A stretch of 64,000 nucleotides of DNA. It comes from Eledone cirrhosa. Taxonomy: Eukaryota. Within the stretch, counting starts at the first letter, position 1; each line of letters begins with the position of its first letter. Under the pieces are notes generated by a model that worked only from the letters and a program-made list of their open reading frames with translations, searched no databases and had not been told where the DNA came from. The position numbers were made by a program, and so were the translations under genes. The DNA is taken from contig OZ024765.1 in assembly GCA_964016885.1 (NCBI GenBank), positions 21,266,001-21,330,000 on the forward strand. Reading direction: 5' to 3'. This document shows, piece by piece, positions 13,474 to 26,094 of the stretch.

Positions 13474-15744
13474 CTATTGGGGTGATAACCCGTTTAGTTT
13501 TGGTTTAAATTTGTTAAGGAATAGATTTTCTTTGTTTATTCTTTGTTGTTGTGTGAACGAATCTGAGCACTTGTAGAAGGGGAAGATTTTAAAGTTGGGT
13601 AGTGTCATTCCTGCGCAGTTCGCAATATGGCTGCTCAAGGGGATTTTTCTTGTGTTAGCGTCCCGGATTTGTTGGCGGTGGATGGTCATTCTTTTGCGTA
13701 ATGAGGTGCCCGTCTGTCCTATGTAGTTGTGTTTGCACCCACCGCAAGTTATTGCGTAAATCAAGTTCTCCGAGTTGCAGGTGAAATTGTTTTTTACTGT
13801 AAATGTTTGGCCATCTTTGAATGTAAATGTTTGTCCTTCAGTGAGGTAGAGGCACGTTCCACAGTTTGTTCTACCACATTTGGTAACTGTAGGGTTGAGG
13901 ATTGGTTTGGGTATATTTGGTCCAGTGAGAATGCGTTTAAGTGATTTGGGTTGTCTTTTACTTTTAAGGATCTTGTGTGTTTCAAGAATAGACTTCATTT
14001 TTACATCTTTAAGTAGGATGGGGAGGTTTTTGTGTAGGTGATCAAACATTTCGGTATTTCTGGGGTTGAAAGTGGATACATATGGCAGGGTGTTGAGTGT
14101 GGTTTTCTGTTTTGGATTGTTAAGTTGATGGGGATTTAGGTGTTTTGCCCTGTCTATTCCATTGTTGATTATTTCAAGTGGAAAGGCTCTTAAGATAAGG
14201 GTGTCTTTTAGTTCCTTTAGTCTTTGCTCCCGTTTAGGTGGATCTGATACTATGGTACGTTTGGCCAAATTGTAAGGAATGTTAAGTTTTGTATGTTTTG
14301 GGTGACTTGATGTGAAAAAGAGGTATTGCTTGGAATCTGTGGGTTTATAGAATATATCTGTATCTAATTTCCCGTCTATTACAGAGATGAGAATATCCAA
14401 GAAGGCTAATTCCTTGGGATTGGATTCCATTGTGAATTGTATGTTATTATCTATGTTGTTTATCATGTTTTTAAACATAGTAAGTGAGTTCATGTCTTCT
14501 TGCCATAGGATAAAGCAGTCGTCTAGATATCTTTTCCAGTTGGCTTTGAGGTGTGTGTGGAAAGAGTCTCCAAATAAGAGAAGGGACTGACTGTATATTT
14601 GTTGTTCATGGAATCCCATGACTAGGTTGGCATATGTGGGTGCTACTTTCGTGCCCATTGCCGTACCTGATACTTGTCTGTATGTTGAACCATTGAATGT
14701 GAAGTAGTTATTTTGTAGGATAAAGCGGAGTCCGTCAGTGATAAAATCTGTGTTGATGCGTGTCGGTATTTCTGATGGGTGTGTGTTAAGCCAGTATTGG
14801 ACTGCTGTTATTCCATAGTTGTGAGGTATGTTTGTGTAGAGGTTTATTACATCAAAGGAGACAAGAATTGTATTTGCACTTACTGTTTTAGGGAGGTGTT
14901 TCAGCATGTCAAGGTCATCTCGTATGTAGCTCTGTATATGTTGTAGAAAGGGTTTCAGTAGGATGTCCAGAAAGTTGCTAAGTCTGTGGGTTTCACATGT
15001 AGGGCCTACTATAATTGGCCTGAGTTTTAGGTCTTCTGGTGGTGTTAGTTCAATGTAATTGTTGGTTGAGGTGTCACATGCATCGTTTATGGGTTTACAT
15101 TTGTGGAGTTTCGGTAAGCCGTAAAAAGAGCTTGTATTGCATTTGAAGTGGCTTATATAGTTAAACTCTTTTGTGGTTAAGCTGTTGCGGTATTTATTCA
15201 GTAAGGTCAAAAGGTTCCCCATTGTTTTGGTGTGTTTGTAGTTTTCTGTTTTTTCATAGTATGTGTTGTTTTCTAAAATGTTAAGTGCGAGGGTCCTATA
15301 GTAGTCCGTATTCATAATGACAACAGTACTGCCTTTATCGGCTTCTTTGATAGTTATCTCAGGGTTGTTTCTAAGTGTGAATAATTCTTCCCATTCGTGT
15401 GTAGATAGGTTTGATTTCGTGTGTTTATTTGTAATTTTTTCATAGGGAAAGTTGGTGATGTGTTCGCAGTACGTGTCCAGTGCTTTATTTCTTCCCTTTT
15501 GTGGGCAGAAATTGCTTTTATTTCTAACCAGTGATTCGTCTTCAGTGTTGGTGTCGTTGTGGAAGAATTCCGTTAGTCGCAGCTTTCGGCAGTATTCCAT
15601 GATGTCATCCTTCATTTCGGGGAAGTTTGGTTTACGTGGTGTAGGTGTAAATTTCAGGCCCTTACTTAAAATGTTGATTTGTGTGTTGGTTAGAGGTGTC
15701 TTTGAGAGGTTGATTATTTTTGGTTTCTCCTGAGGGGGGGCCAT
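13474..15744 (-). CDS. Penelope-like RT + GIY-YIG endonuclease (756 aa)
   Basis: IINLS..LSKGLKFTPTP, ADKGSTVV, FYGLPKLHK, RPIIVG, GTAMGTKVAPTYANL, KRYLDDCF, Cys linker CGRTNCGTC, LIYAITCGGCKHNYIGQT. Confidence 0.95.
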   Translation of the reverse strand: MAPPQEKPKIINLSKTPLTNTQINILSKGLKFTPTPRKPNFPEMKDDIMEYCRKLRLTEFFHNDTNTEDESLVRNKSNFCPQKGRNKALDTYCEHITNFPYEKITNKHTKSNLSTHEWEELFTLRNNPEITIKEADKGSTVVIMNTDYYRTLALNILENNTYYEKTENYKHTKTMGNLLTLLNKYRNSLTTKEFNYISHFKCNTSSFYGLPKLHKCKPINDACDTSTNNYIELTPPEDLKLRPIIVGPTCETHRLSNFLDILLKPFLQHIQSYIRDDLDMLKHLPKTVSANTILVSFDVINLYTNIPHNYGITAVQYWLNTHPSEIPTRINTDFITDGLRFILQNNYFTFNGSTYRQVSGTAMGTKVAPTYANLVMGFHEQQIYSQSLLLFGDSFHTHLKANWKRYLDDCFILWQEDMNSLTMFKNMINNIDNNIQFTMESNPKELAFLDILISVIDGKLDTDIFYKPTDSKQYLFFTSSHPKHTKLNIPYNLAKRTIVSDPPKREQRLKELKDTLILRAFPLEIINNGIDRAKHLNPHQLNNPKQKTTLNTLPYVSTFNPRNTEMFDHLHKNLPILLKDVKMKSILETHKILKSKRQPKSLKRILTGPNIPKPILNPTVTKCGRTNCGTCLYLTEGQTFTFKDGQTFTVKNNFTCNSENLIYAITCGGCKHNYIGQTGTSLRKRMTIHRQQIRDANTRKIPLSSHIANCAGMTLPNFKIFPFYKCSDSFTQQQRINKENLFLNKFKPKLNGLSPQ

Positions 15745-16979
15745 CGAGTATCCTGGTATTTCAGGCTTTTCCCTAAAAAAGGAATGTAGTTTTGTGTGTG
15801 ATTATATTTTGTTGGTCTGTTGCGTGTGGGTCTGTAGCTTGTTGTTTCATGAGGGTGAATGTGATGGTGGGGGTGGTATGTGTTGTGGTTGTTGATGAGC
15901 AAGGGTTCTGTTGTTGGTTCATGTGGTCTGGGTGCGTTATTTCTGTGGTACAGAGTGTTGAGGCTGGGGGGTTGTCTTTTGTTGGATTGAGGGTGATGTC
16001 TGGTGTGGTTGTGGGTAAGTTCTGTTGTGATTTCAAGTGGCCTGGGTGGATTTCTTCTGAGGAATGTGGTGTGTGTGTTGTGAGTTGGATCTATGTTATT
16101 TCGTCGTTGGTTTATGTAGGGGGCATTTCTACGGAAACCTGTGTTGTGGTGGTTGGGTGTGTTTCTTTTGGTGTAGTTGGCCGTATTTGGTTTGTGTTGG
16201 TGGGGGATGTGCCTGTGGTTAGTGTGTGTTGGGTTTGGTGGTGTAAATGTGTCTGTTGTAGTTCTTGTTATGTTCAAATGCTTTATAAAGGGGTTACCTG
16301 TTTGGTGCGTCCTTTTAAAGTCTTCTTCATATTTGAGGAACCAGTTTTCGGATTTTTCCCACCGTTTAAGGGAAATAGTTTCTGCATTCTCGCAGTCCTG
16401 TTTCCACGATTTGATTAAATTTTGTAGGGTTGTTCCCTCGGCCTTTTTAGTGCATTCTTCCTCCATATTTTTATCAGTATCCTTATACTCTTGCTCGTTT
16501 GAGGTGGCCCTTAATTTTAGGAGTTCTATTTCCATGTTTATCCTGTTGAGTGACATTTGTTCACGGAGTTTTCTTTCTGGTTCAGGTTCGTTTGTAATAT
16601 GCTTTATTTGGAATTTACGTGGTAAAACTATCGGTGTTGAGTTAATCCATTTTTGGTAAATTCCAGCTTTGTTGAGGTTTTTTATCATATTCCAGAAAGT
16701 GAATTTTCTGGTTTTTAGATGTTTTTTCCAGAGGTGTCCCATTTGGTTTTTGATATGGAGCAATGTCGTTTGTTCTGTGTTGGTATTCATAAGTTTTTCG
16801 ATGGAGTTGCATACGTTTTGAACGTTTAAATAAATTTGGTTGTCAGTCGGTGTGGTGGTTTGGGGTATATCCTGTTTTTTTGTCAGAATGGTGAGTTTTC
16901 CATTTATCTCTTTTAGGATTTTCAGGATTTCCTCATTGATATTGGAGTTTGAAGTGGTGTTGTCTTGTTCCAGTGCCAT
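15714..16979 (-). CDS. PLE upstream ORF1 (421 aa; helical/coiled-coil N half, basic low-complexity C half)
   Basis: Open non-repetitive frame whose ATG is ~60 nt from the 5' pLTR; overlaps the RT ORF, which is in the -1 frame. Confidence 0.85.
   Translation of the reverse strand: MALEQDNTTSNSNINEEILKILKEINGKLTILTKKQDIPQTTTPTDNQIYLNVQNVCNSIEKLMNTNTEQTTLLHIKNQMGHLWKKHLKTRKFTFWNMIKNLNKAGIYQKWINSTPIVLPRKFQIKHITNEPEPERKLREQMSLNRINMEIELLKLRATSNEQEYKDTDKNMEEECTKKAEGTTLQNLIKSWKQDCENAETISLKRWEKSENWFLKYEEDFKRTHQTGNPFIKHLNITRTTTDTFTPPNPTHTNHRHIPHQHKPNTANYTKRNTPNHHNTGFRRNAPYINQRRNNIDPTHNTHTTFLRRNPPRPLEITTELTHNHTRHHPQSNKRQPPSLNTLYHRNNAPRPHEPTTEPLLINNHNTYHPHHHIHPHETTSYRPTRNRPTKYNHTQNYIPFLGKSLKYQDTRWPPLRRNQK
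15774..15780 (-). promoter_or_regulatory. candidate -1 ribosomal frameshift heptamer U_UUU_UUA
   Basis: ORF1 codons CCT TTT TTA GGG; the -1 frame is open from here into the RT ORF. Confidence 0.7.
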
Positions 16980-17147
16980 TTTCCGGATTTGCGTAGGTTA
17001 GTATATATGAAAAGTGTAATTTTCTACACAAAACGAAGGTTATAGAGAAAATTGAGGTTGGTAATGGCACATGGAATATATAAGAGACAGAATACTTTTT
17101 TGTGAAAAAACATAATTTTATAAGGTAAGGAAATAATAAAGGGTATA

Positions 17148-17196
17148 AAAAATGACCGGTTTCGATGGGTCTGCAAAAGCCATCTTTTCAAATGTT
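17148..17196 (-). ncRNA. minimal hammerhead motif (U3-A8) in 5' pLTR
   Basis: Identical to 12186-12234. Confidence 0.6.
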
Positions 17197-17646
17197 GATT
17201 AATATTAAGAAAAATTAATAATACGAAGAGTTAAAATTTGAGACTTGAAAATTCAAGTATAAAATTCATTGTGGGATTTCATAGCAGTTTTCATCTAGGT
17301 AGCAACAACAGGTTGACTGCTGTGTCCCTTTCTGGTAGTGAATGAGAAGTTATTTGGGGTGTGGGTTATTTTATAAAGGTCAGATTTAGCAATCGCCAGC
17401 TGCTGGTCAGTGAGGGGGTGGAAGCAATATACACACACATATCTTCCTGTGATGGGTAGGAGAGTGGAGCGTGATAGAAAAGGATTTAGTGCACTTACAC
17501 CTATATATACACACATACCTTCATCCACACATACATACATATACATATACATATACATATATATATATATACATATACACACAAACATACACACACACAT
17601 ACATATACATACACACATACACACACACACACATATGTATACACAT

Positions 17647-17701
<55 letters not shown>

Positions 17702-17772
17702 TATATATACATACACATACATCCAGATACACACATACATACACACACACACACACACACATATATACATAT

Positions 17773-17824
<52 letters not shown>

Positions 17825-17922
17825 CCCCACACATACATACACACACACATATATATATATACATATACATACACACATACAAACATACACACACATACAC
17901 ACACACATATATATACACACAT

Positions 17923-17987
<65 letters not shown>

Positions 17988-18146
17988 TAGATGTATATAT
18001 ATAGATGTATATATATATATGTATATAAATATATGTATATATATATATATATAAGTATATATATATATATGTATATATATATATGTATATATATATATGT
18101 ATATATATGTATATATATATGTATATATATATATGTATATATATAC

Positions 18147-18177
<31 letters not shown>

Positions 18178-18355
18178 CATCTATATATATACATATATAT
18201 ACATATATATATATACATATATATATATACATATATATATATACATATATATATATATACATATATATATATACATATATATATATATACTTATATATAT
18301 ATATATATACATATATTTATATACATATATACATATACATCTATATATATACATC

Positions 18356-18428
<73 letters not shown>

Positions 18429-18555
18429 GAGAGAATTGGGAGTGTGTAACACTCCACTTATCAAATAGGCAGTATATGGTTAGCTCAATGTCAGAGGACA
18501 GAGCCGTAATACAATTAACAACAAAGAGTGCTTAGAACATAGGTATATCTTTAAT

Positions 18556-18601
18556 TGCTAACAGTGTTTCGTCCACACTAGAAGTGGGACTCTTCAGAGC
18601 A
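18556..18601 (-). ncRNA. type I hammerhead motif
   Basis: Inverted copy of 18935-18980. Confidence 0.75.
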
Positions 18602-18934
18602 TAAAGAGTAAATACATAGTATACAAGCATTGACAAAGCCAAAACAGAAGAATATATGTGGGGATACCATAAGTTGGGAGGAGTTTAAAGAGTAAAGTAA
18701 AAGGAGTAAAATAAAAGGAGTAAAATAAGAAGAGTAAAATAAAAATATAGGATTAAGAATAAAAAAAAGAATAAGATTAAGAATAAAAATAATTATTTTT
18801 ATTCTTCTTATTTTACTCCTTTTATTTTACTCCTTTTACTTTACTCTTTAAACTCCTCCCAACTTATGGTATCCCCACATATATTCTTCTGTTTTGGCTT
18901 TGTCAATGCTTGTATACTATGTATTTACTCTTTA

Positions 18935-18980
18935 TGCTCTGAAGAGTCCCACTTCTAGTGTGGACGAAACACTGTTAGCA
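18935..18980 (+). ncRNA. type I hammerhead motif
   Basis: TGCT-CTGAAGA-GTCC-cacttctagtgt-GGAC-GAAA-CAcTG-TT-AGCA. Confidence 0.75.
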
Positions 18981-19252
18981 ATTAAAGATATACCTATGTT
19001 CTAAGCGCTCTTTGTTGTTATTTGTACATATATATATATACATCTATATATATATACATATATATATACATATATATACATATATATATATACATATACA
19101 TATATATATATACACATACATATATATATATACACATATATACATATATACATACATATACATATATACATACATATACATATACATATATACATACATA
19201 TACATTATATATATATATATACATATACATATACATATATATATACATATAC

Positions 19253-19315
<63 letters not shown>

Positions 19316-19567
19316 CATATATATATACATATACATATATATATATATATACATATACATATACAAATATACATATACATATACATATATATATAGATAT
19401 AGATAGGTAAATATACACGGGTGTGTATGATTGTGTATAGAAGATTATATTAATAAGAGGAATTCCAACTTTGTCTGATTTACTCGTTTTATTTACAATC
19501 CTTTAAAATATATATAATGGTATTATAATGAAATAGTATGATAGAATATTAAATTCTAAGTGTTAAT

Positions 19568-19606
19568 TGAACAAGTACTTTCATGCTTTCGCAATCTTCA
19601 GGTTCA
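19568..19606 (-). ncRNA. minimal type I hammerhead motif
   Basis: Reverse complement TGAAC-CTGAAGA-tTGC-GAAA-GCAt-GAAA-GTAC-TT-GTTCA. Confidence 0.75.
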
Positions 19607-19647
19607 TGATATGTGGTGACAGTCGAGTTTGCAATTTTCAACTGTCA

Positions 19648-21242
<1,595 letters not shown>

Positions 21243-21246
<4 letters not shown>

Positions 21247-21880
21247 ATACTTTGGGAGGGTCATGTTGCCAATAAGAAACACACGCACCAGTTGCTTTCA
21301 CTCCAATTTATTATAAATTAAATTTATAAATTTAAGAACTTATAAATTTCCGGTTGGTTGGTTGGTTGGTTGGTTCCACTACCGGACGGTTGTTCATATA
21401 TTGTCAAAGTTCTTTTGTCACACATTCTCTGACCTCTTCAGTGACTGGGATTCTTTTCTTTGTTTTTGTGCCTCTCCTTTGTTCTGTCCTACGCCATCTT
21501 ATTTTGGTGTGTGTTGTGTGCTTAGTTTGCGCATGTGTTACATCTGGGTGTCCGTGTGTGTTTATATTTGTTTATTTATTTGTTTATTTACATGTTACTA
21601 GTTGGTTGTTTGTTCTATGTGTGTGTGTGTTTTCATTTTGTCCTTAATTGTAAGTTGTGATGTTGCTATTCCATTCATGTTTTCTATTTAATTTTGGATC
21701 GAGTTCATTTATGTTTATTGCCTCTGTGATTTGTCTAAGCATTGCGTCTTTTCTGTGTGTAGATTCTATTTTTATTTTTATTTTCTTATTGGCAACATGA
21801 CCCTCCCAAAGCATAAAAATATCGGTTTCAACACACGTTTTCAGATAAAGAATAGTGCTAAACAAATTCAGAAACGAAAT
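21243..21880 (-). mobile_element. 3' fragment of a second Penelope-like family with an inverted terminal segment
   Basis: Encodes DAMLRQITEAININELDPKLNRKHEW (GIY-YIG C-terminus-like). 21243-21280 is inverted at 21782-21820. Second copy at 29595-30132. Confidence 0.7.
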
Positions 21881-22050
21881 ATATATATATATAATGTATA
21901 TATATATATATATACGATTTATATTATCTTATATATTTTTTGAATTTTTTTTTATCTTATTTATTTGGTTATTCCTGTCTCTGAACTACTTCCCAATGGT
22001 TGGTACATATTGATATGTGCATGTGCATGTATATTATATATATATATATA

Positions 22051-22111
<61 letters not shown>

Positions 22112-22122
22112 ATATATATATA

Positions 22123-22230
<108 letters not shown>

Positions 22231-22243
22231 ATATATATATATA

Positions 22244-22363
<120 letters not shown>

Positions 22364-22424
22364 ACATCATCATCATCATCATGATATATATATATAGATA
22401 CATATATATATATATATATGTATA

Positions 22425-22463
<39 letters not shown>

Positions 22464-22501
22464 ATATATATATGTATATATATATATATTATGCATATAT
22501 A

Positions 22502-22554
<53 letters not shown>

Positions 22555-22932
22555 ATGCATGCATGTATATGTATGTGTGTATGCATATGTATGTGTTTAT
22601 GTGAGTGTGTGTATATATACGTGCACGTATGTATAGAGCCTTTTGTGTTTGCATGTGTGTATGTGTGTGTATACAATTTTGATATATGTGAGTGTGTGTT
22701 TGTGTGTACATTTATGAGTGCATATATATTTGTGTATATGTGTGTGTATGTATTTATGTGTTTGTTTGTATTTGCATGTAGACGCAAATACGCTTATGTG
22801 AGAAAGTATACGTCTACGTGCTATTACGCATATGCCCGGGGTTGGGTGTGTGTATGCTTATGTTCAGCCTCATTTTCATATTTCCTAAATTTTGTTTTCA
22901 AATCCATATTAATAAAAACACCATGTTTTTTA

Positions 22933-22993
22933 TTCATTCTGATGACTGAAGACAGATATAACATCTGCCTTCAAGAAACCATTGGTAAATGAA
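22933..22993 (+). ncRNA. type I hammerhead motif
   Basis: TTCATT-CTGATGA-cTGAAGaCAGAT..ATCTGcCTTCAa-GAAA-CCAtTGG-TA-AATGAA; a partial inverted copy lies at ~29437-29510. Confidence 0.75.
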
Positions 22994-23034
22994 ATAATTA
23001 TCTTATGTTGTTTATTACATAAATATATATATAT

Positions 23035-23373
23035 GGAGGGCACATGGCTTAGTGGTTAGAGCATTGGCCTTGCAATCGAAAGGTTGTGAGTTCAATTCTC
23101 AGACCGGGTGATGTGTTGTTTCCTTGAGCAAGACACTTTATTTCACATTGCTCCAGTTTACTCAGCTGTAGAAATGAGATGATAGGGACTGGGGTCCATA
23201 TCATTCCACTGCAAAGTGGTCATGGAGGTGCCACGGCAAAAAAGCACCAGCATTCACTGTAAATGAGGTTGGTGTTAGGAAGGGCATCCAGCTGTAGAAA
23301 TCAAATCAGTTCCCGTCCCACCCTTGCACGCAGGGAAAAAGCGGACGTAAAATGAAATGATGATGTTGATGAT
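23035..23373 (+). mobile_element. tRNA-derived CORE-like SINE, copy 3
   Basis: Near-identical to 3773-4118. Confidence 0.9.
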
Positions 23374-23457
23374 AAATGGAAAAGAATGAAATGAAATTTC
23401 ATTTCTCACTCTTAGTACATACTTACATTTATATATATATATATATATATATATAAT

Positions 23458-23598
23458 GAGAATTAGCCGTCGAAACGGCTTGAGCTCAGCCGTCGGGGTC
23501 TTACTGGTTCCTATTACCCACCTCTACTACCCTAAGTATTGAGTACTTTGGTGCGTTATGGTCCTCCTGGTTCCTTACGCCATTTCTTTCGTTATAAA
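23458..23598. mobile_element. short interspersed repeat in (TA)n (family also at 30168-30285 and 50078-50500)
   Basis: GAATTAGCCGTCGAAACGGCTTGAGCTCAGCCGTCGGGGTC...GTATTGAGTACTTTGGTGCGTTATGGTCC. Confidence 0.7.
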
Positions 23599-23869
23599 TA
23601 TATATATATATATATATCATCATTTTACGTCTGCTTTTCCCATCAGCTACAAAACATCATTAATTTTTGTTTTTGTTTCCTCAGTAAATTACTGCTATTA
23701 ACTCAAGTTAAAAAGCTGAACAAGACATTGAACAGACATTTTCTTCCTTCATAAACTAAAGTCCATGTCTTCTTCTTCTTCTCCTCCTTTACCTCCTTCC
23801 TTCTCTCCTTCTTCCTCTCCTATTCCACCACCTGTCATCACAGCAATCACCCCCCCCCCCCACCACCAC

Positions 23870-24518
23870 AGTTGTTGTTGTTACTGTTGTTGTTACTGTT
23901 GTTGTTGTTGTTGTTACTGTTGTTGTTGTTGTTGTTGTTGTTGTTACTGTTGTTGTTGTTACTGTTGTTACTGTTGTTGTTGTTGTTACTGTTGTTGTTG
24001 TTGTTGTTACTGTTGTTGTTGTTGTTGTTGTTGTTACTGTTGTTGTTGTTGTTACTGTTGTTGTTGTTGTTACTGTTGTTGTTGTTACTGTTGTTGTTGT
24101 TACTGTTGTTGTTGTTACTGTTGTTCTTGTTGTTGTTGTTACTGTTGTTACTGTTGTTGTTGTTGTTACTGTTGTTGTTGTTGTTACTGTTGTTACTGTT
24201 GTTGTTGTTGTTGTTGTTACTGTTGTTCTTGTTGTTGTTGTTGTTGTTACTGTTGTTGTTGTTGTTACTGTTGTTGTTGTTGTTGTTGTTACTGTTGTTG
24301 TTGTTGTTGTTGCTGTTGTTGTTGTTGTTGTTGTTGTTACTGTTGTTGTTGTTGTTGTTACTGTTGTTGTTGTTGTTGTTACTGTTGTTGTTGTTACTGT
24401 TGTTGTTGTTGTTGTTGTTACTGTTGTTACTGTTGTTGTTGTTACTGTTGTTCTTGTTGTTGTTGTTGTTACTGTTACTGTTGTTGTTGTTACTGTTGTT
24501 GTTGTTACTGTTGTTGTT
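23870..24518. repeat. (TTG)n / TTAC-interrupted trinucleotide repeat
   Basis: Direct reading. Confidence 0.97.
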
Positions 24519-24684
24519 AACATTCAAAATCAAATTTCCAATAAGCCGACGGTGAAACAAGATCACTTGTTTTGTTTCTGACAAATTTCTATCAGTTTAA
24601 CGGTGTGTGTGTCTTTGTGAGAGTGAATCTGTGTGTATATATATATATGTGTGTGAATCTGCCTGTGTGTGTATGTATACAATC

Positions 24685-24724
<40 letters not shown>

Positions 24725-24729
<5 letters not shown>

Positions 24730-25251
24730 TGAGATTCTACAGGACTAGAACTGTTGTCTACAGAATTCTCTAAACCTTTGTCACTTGGTAGAACCTTAAT
24801 GATTTTAGCTTTTAAAGAACCTCCCTTTTCTTTAATTCTATCTACCATGACTGACCCCCCACTGATCTTATAGACATCTGTTAGCTTAAGAGAAACTTAA
24901 TAACAAGGAATGGTATGCCATCCGGAACCTGTTTATAGAATTCTGTCTGCCCTTGTTACTCTAAAAACATAAATAAATAAAAATAAACTATAGCTTTGTA
25001 GAATTAGCTTTTAATGAATTCCCTTTTCTATCAACCAATGACCTGCACCCATCCCACTCCCCACCCTCTCCTACCACTTGTAGAGACCTATAAATACCAT
25101 TTTTATTTTTTGATACCCAGATTCCTGATGATTTCTAAAGAATGAAACAGTTCTAGTCCTGTAGAATCTCATCTATATTAAAACCTTTATACTCTGCTAT
25201 GTATTGAGTACCTTACTTACTGTGGTTACCTCCGATTCAACCCGGAATAAC

Positions 25252-25253
<2 letters not shown>
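24725..25253 (+). mobile_element. PLE-derived fragment with 5' inversion and hammerhead motif
   Basis: ATAGATGAGATTCTACAGGACTAGAACTGTT (24725) is inverted at ~25146-25177. The 3' part is duplicated at 36126-36306. Confidence 0.7.
25119..25169 (+). ncRNA. type I hammerhead motif with looped helix III
   Basis: AGATTC-CTGATGA-tTTC-taaa-GAAt-GAAA-CAG-ttctagtc-CTG-TA-GAATCT. Confidence 0.8.
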
Positions 25254-25301
<48 letters not shown>

Positions 25302-25504
25302 ATAAACACAAATGCGTATATATATATGCATTTGTTTGTGTGTATATATATATATATATATGTATGTTTATATGTGTATATAAACTACAGCCATCTCTCA
25401 TAATCAGGTATGACTTGGTAGAATGTATCAGGCTTTTACTAAGAATTCTAGGTGTCCAAGCAGCCGTGAGCGGACATGGATATTCCCCTCATGTGATATA
25501 GTGG

Positions 25505-26025
25505 ACAGAGAGAGGGGGGGTGCGATAGAGAGAGAGTGGGGGTATGGGGAAGGGAGTGGTAGAGAGGGGGGGGAGAAAGAGTGATATAGATAGAGAGAGA
25601 GGGGGAGAGAGGGTGATAGAGGGGGGAGAAGAGGGTGATAGATAGAGGGGGGAGAAGAGGGTGCTAGAGAGAGAGAGGGGGGAGAAGAGGGTGATAGAGA
25701 GAGAAAGAGTGATATAGATAGAGAGAGAGAGGGAGAAGAGGGTGAGAGAGAGAGAGAGAGAAAGAGTAATATATATAGAGAGAGAGAGGGAGAAGAGGGT
25801 GATAGAGGGAGAGAGAGAAGAGAGAGAGGGAGAGAGAGAAGAGGGTGATAGAGAGGGAGAGAGAGTAGAGGGTGATAGAGAGAGAGAGAGAGGGAGAGAG
25901 AGAGGGAGGGAGAGAGAGAGAGAGGGAGAGAGAGAGGGAGGGAGGGAGAGAAAGAGGGAGGGAGAGAGAGAGGGAGGGAGAGAAAGAGGGAGGGAGAGAA
26001 AGAGGGATATAGGTACAGAGAGAGA
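25505..26025. repeat. polypurine (GA)-rich repeat
   Basis: Direct reading. Confidence 0.95.
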
Positions 26026-26094
26026 AGGTCGCACCACCCCTGGGCTGTTATCATCTCACACAATTTGATTCAGAACTTCGCACGCAAGGCTCAA

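Larger units (their letters stand above)
12079..17990 (-). mobile_element. Penelope-like retroelement (Neptune-type), near intact, with direct pseudo-LTRs
   Basis: RT-GIY-YIG ORF plus upstream ORF. Direct repeats 12079-~13000 and 17041-~17990 (offset 4962). Both ends lie in (TA)n-rich tracts. Confidence 0.95.
18425..19025. mobile_element. PLE-derived hairpin element with hammerhead motifs in both arms
   Basis: Inverted repeat ~18510-18735 / ~18800-19025 flanked by (TA)n. Confidence 0.8.

Noticed and set aside
12079-17990. LTR retrotransposon interpretation of the direct repeats
   Set aside because: No TG..CA ends, PBS, protease, RNase H or integrase; RT plus GIY-YIG is Penelope-type.
23765-24584. 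Poly-Cys/Thr/Asn/Leu proteins (and poly-Ser/Val at 31682-32395)
   Set aside because: Trinucleotide repeats open in several frames, with no splice or context support.
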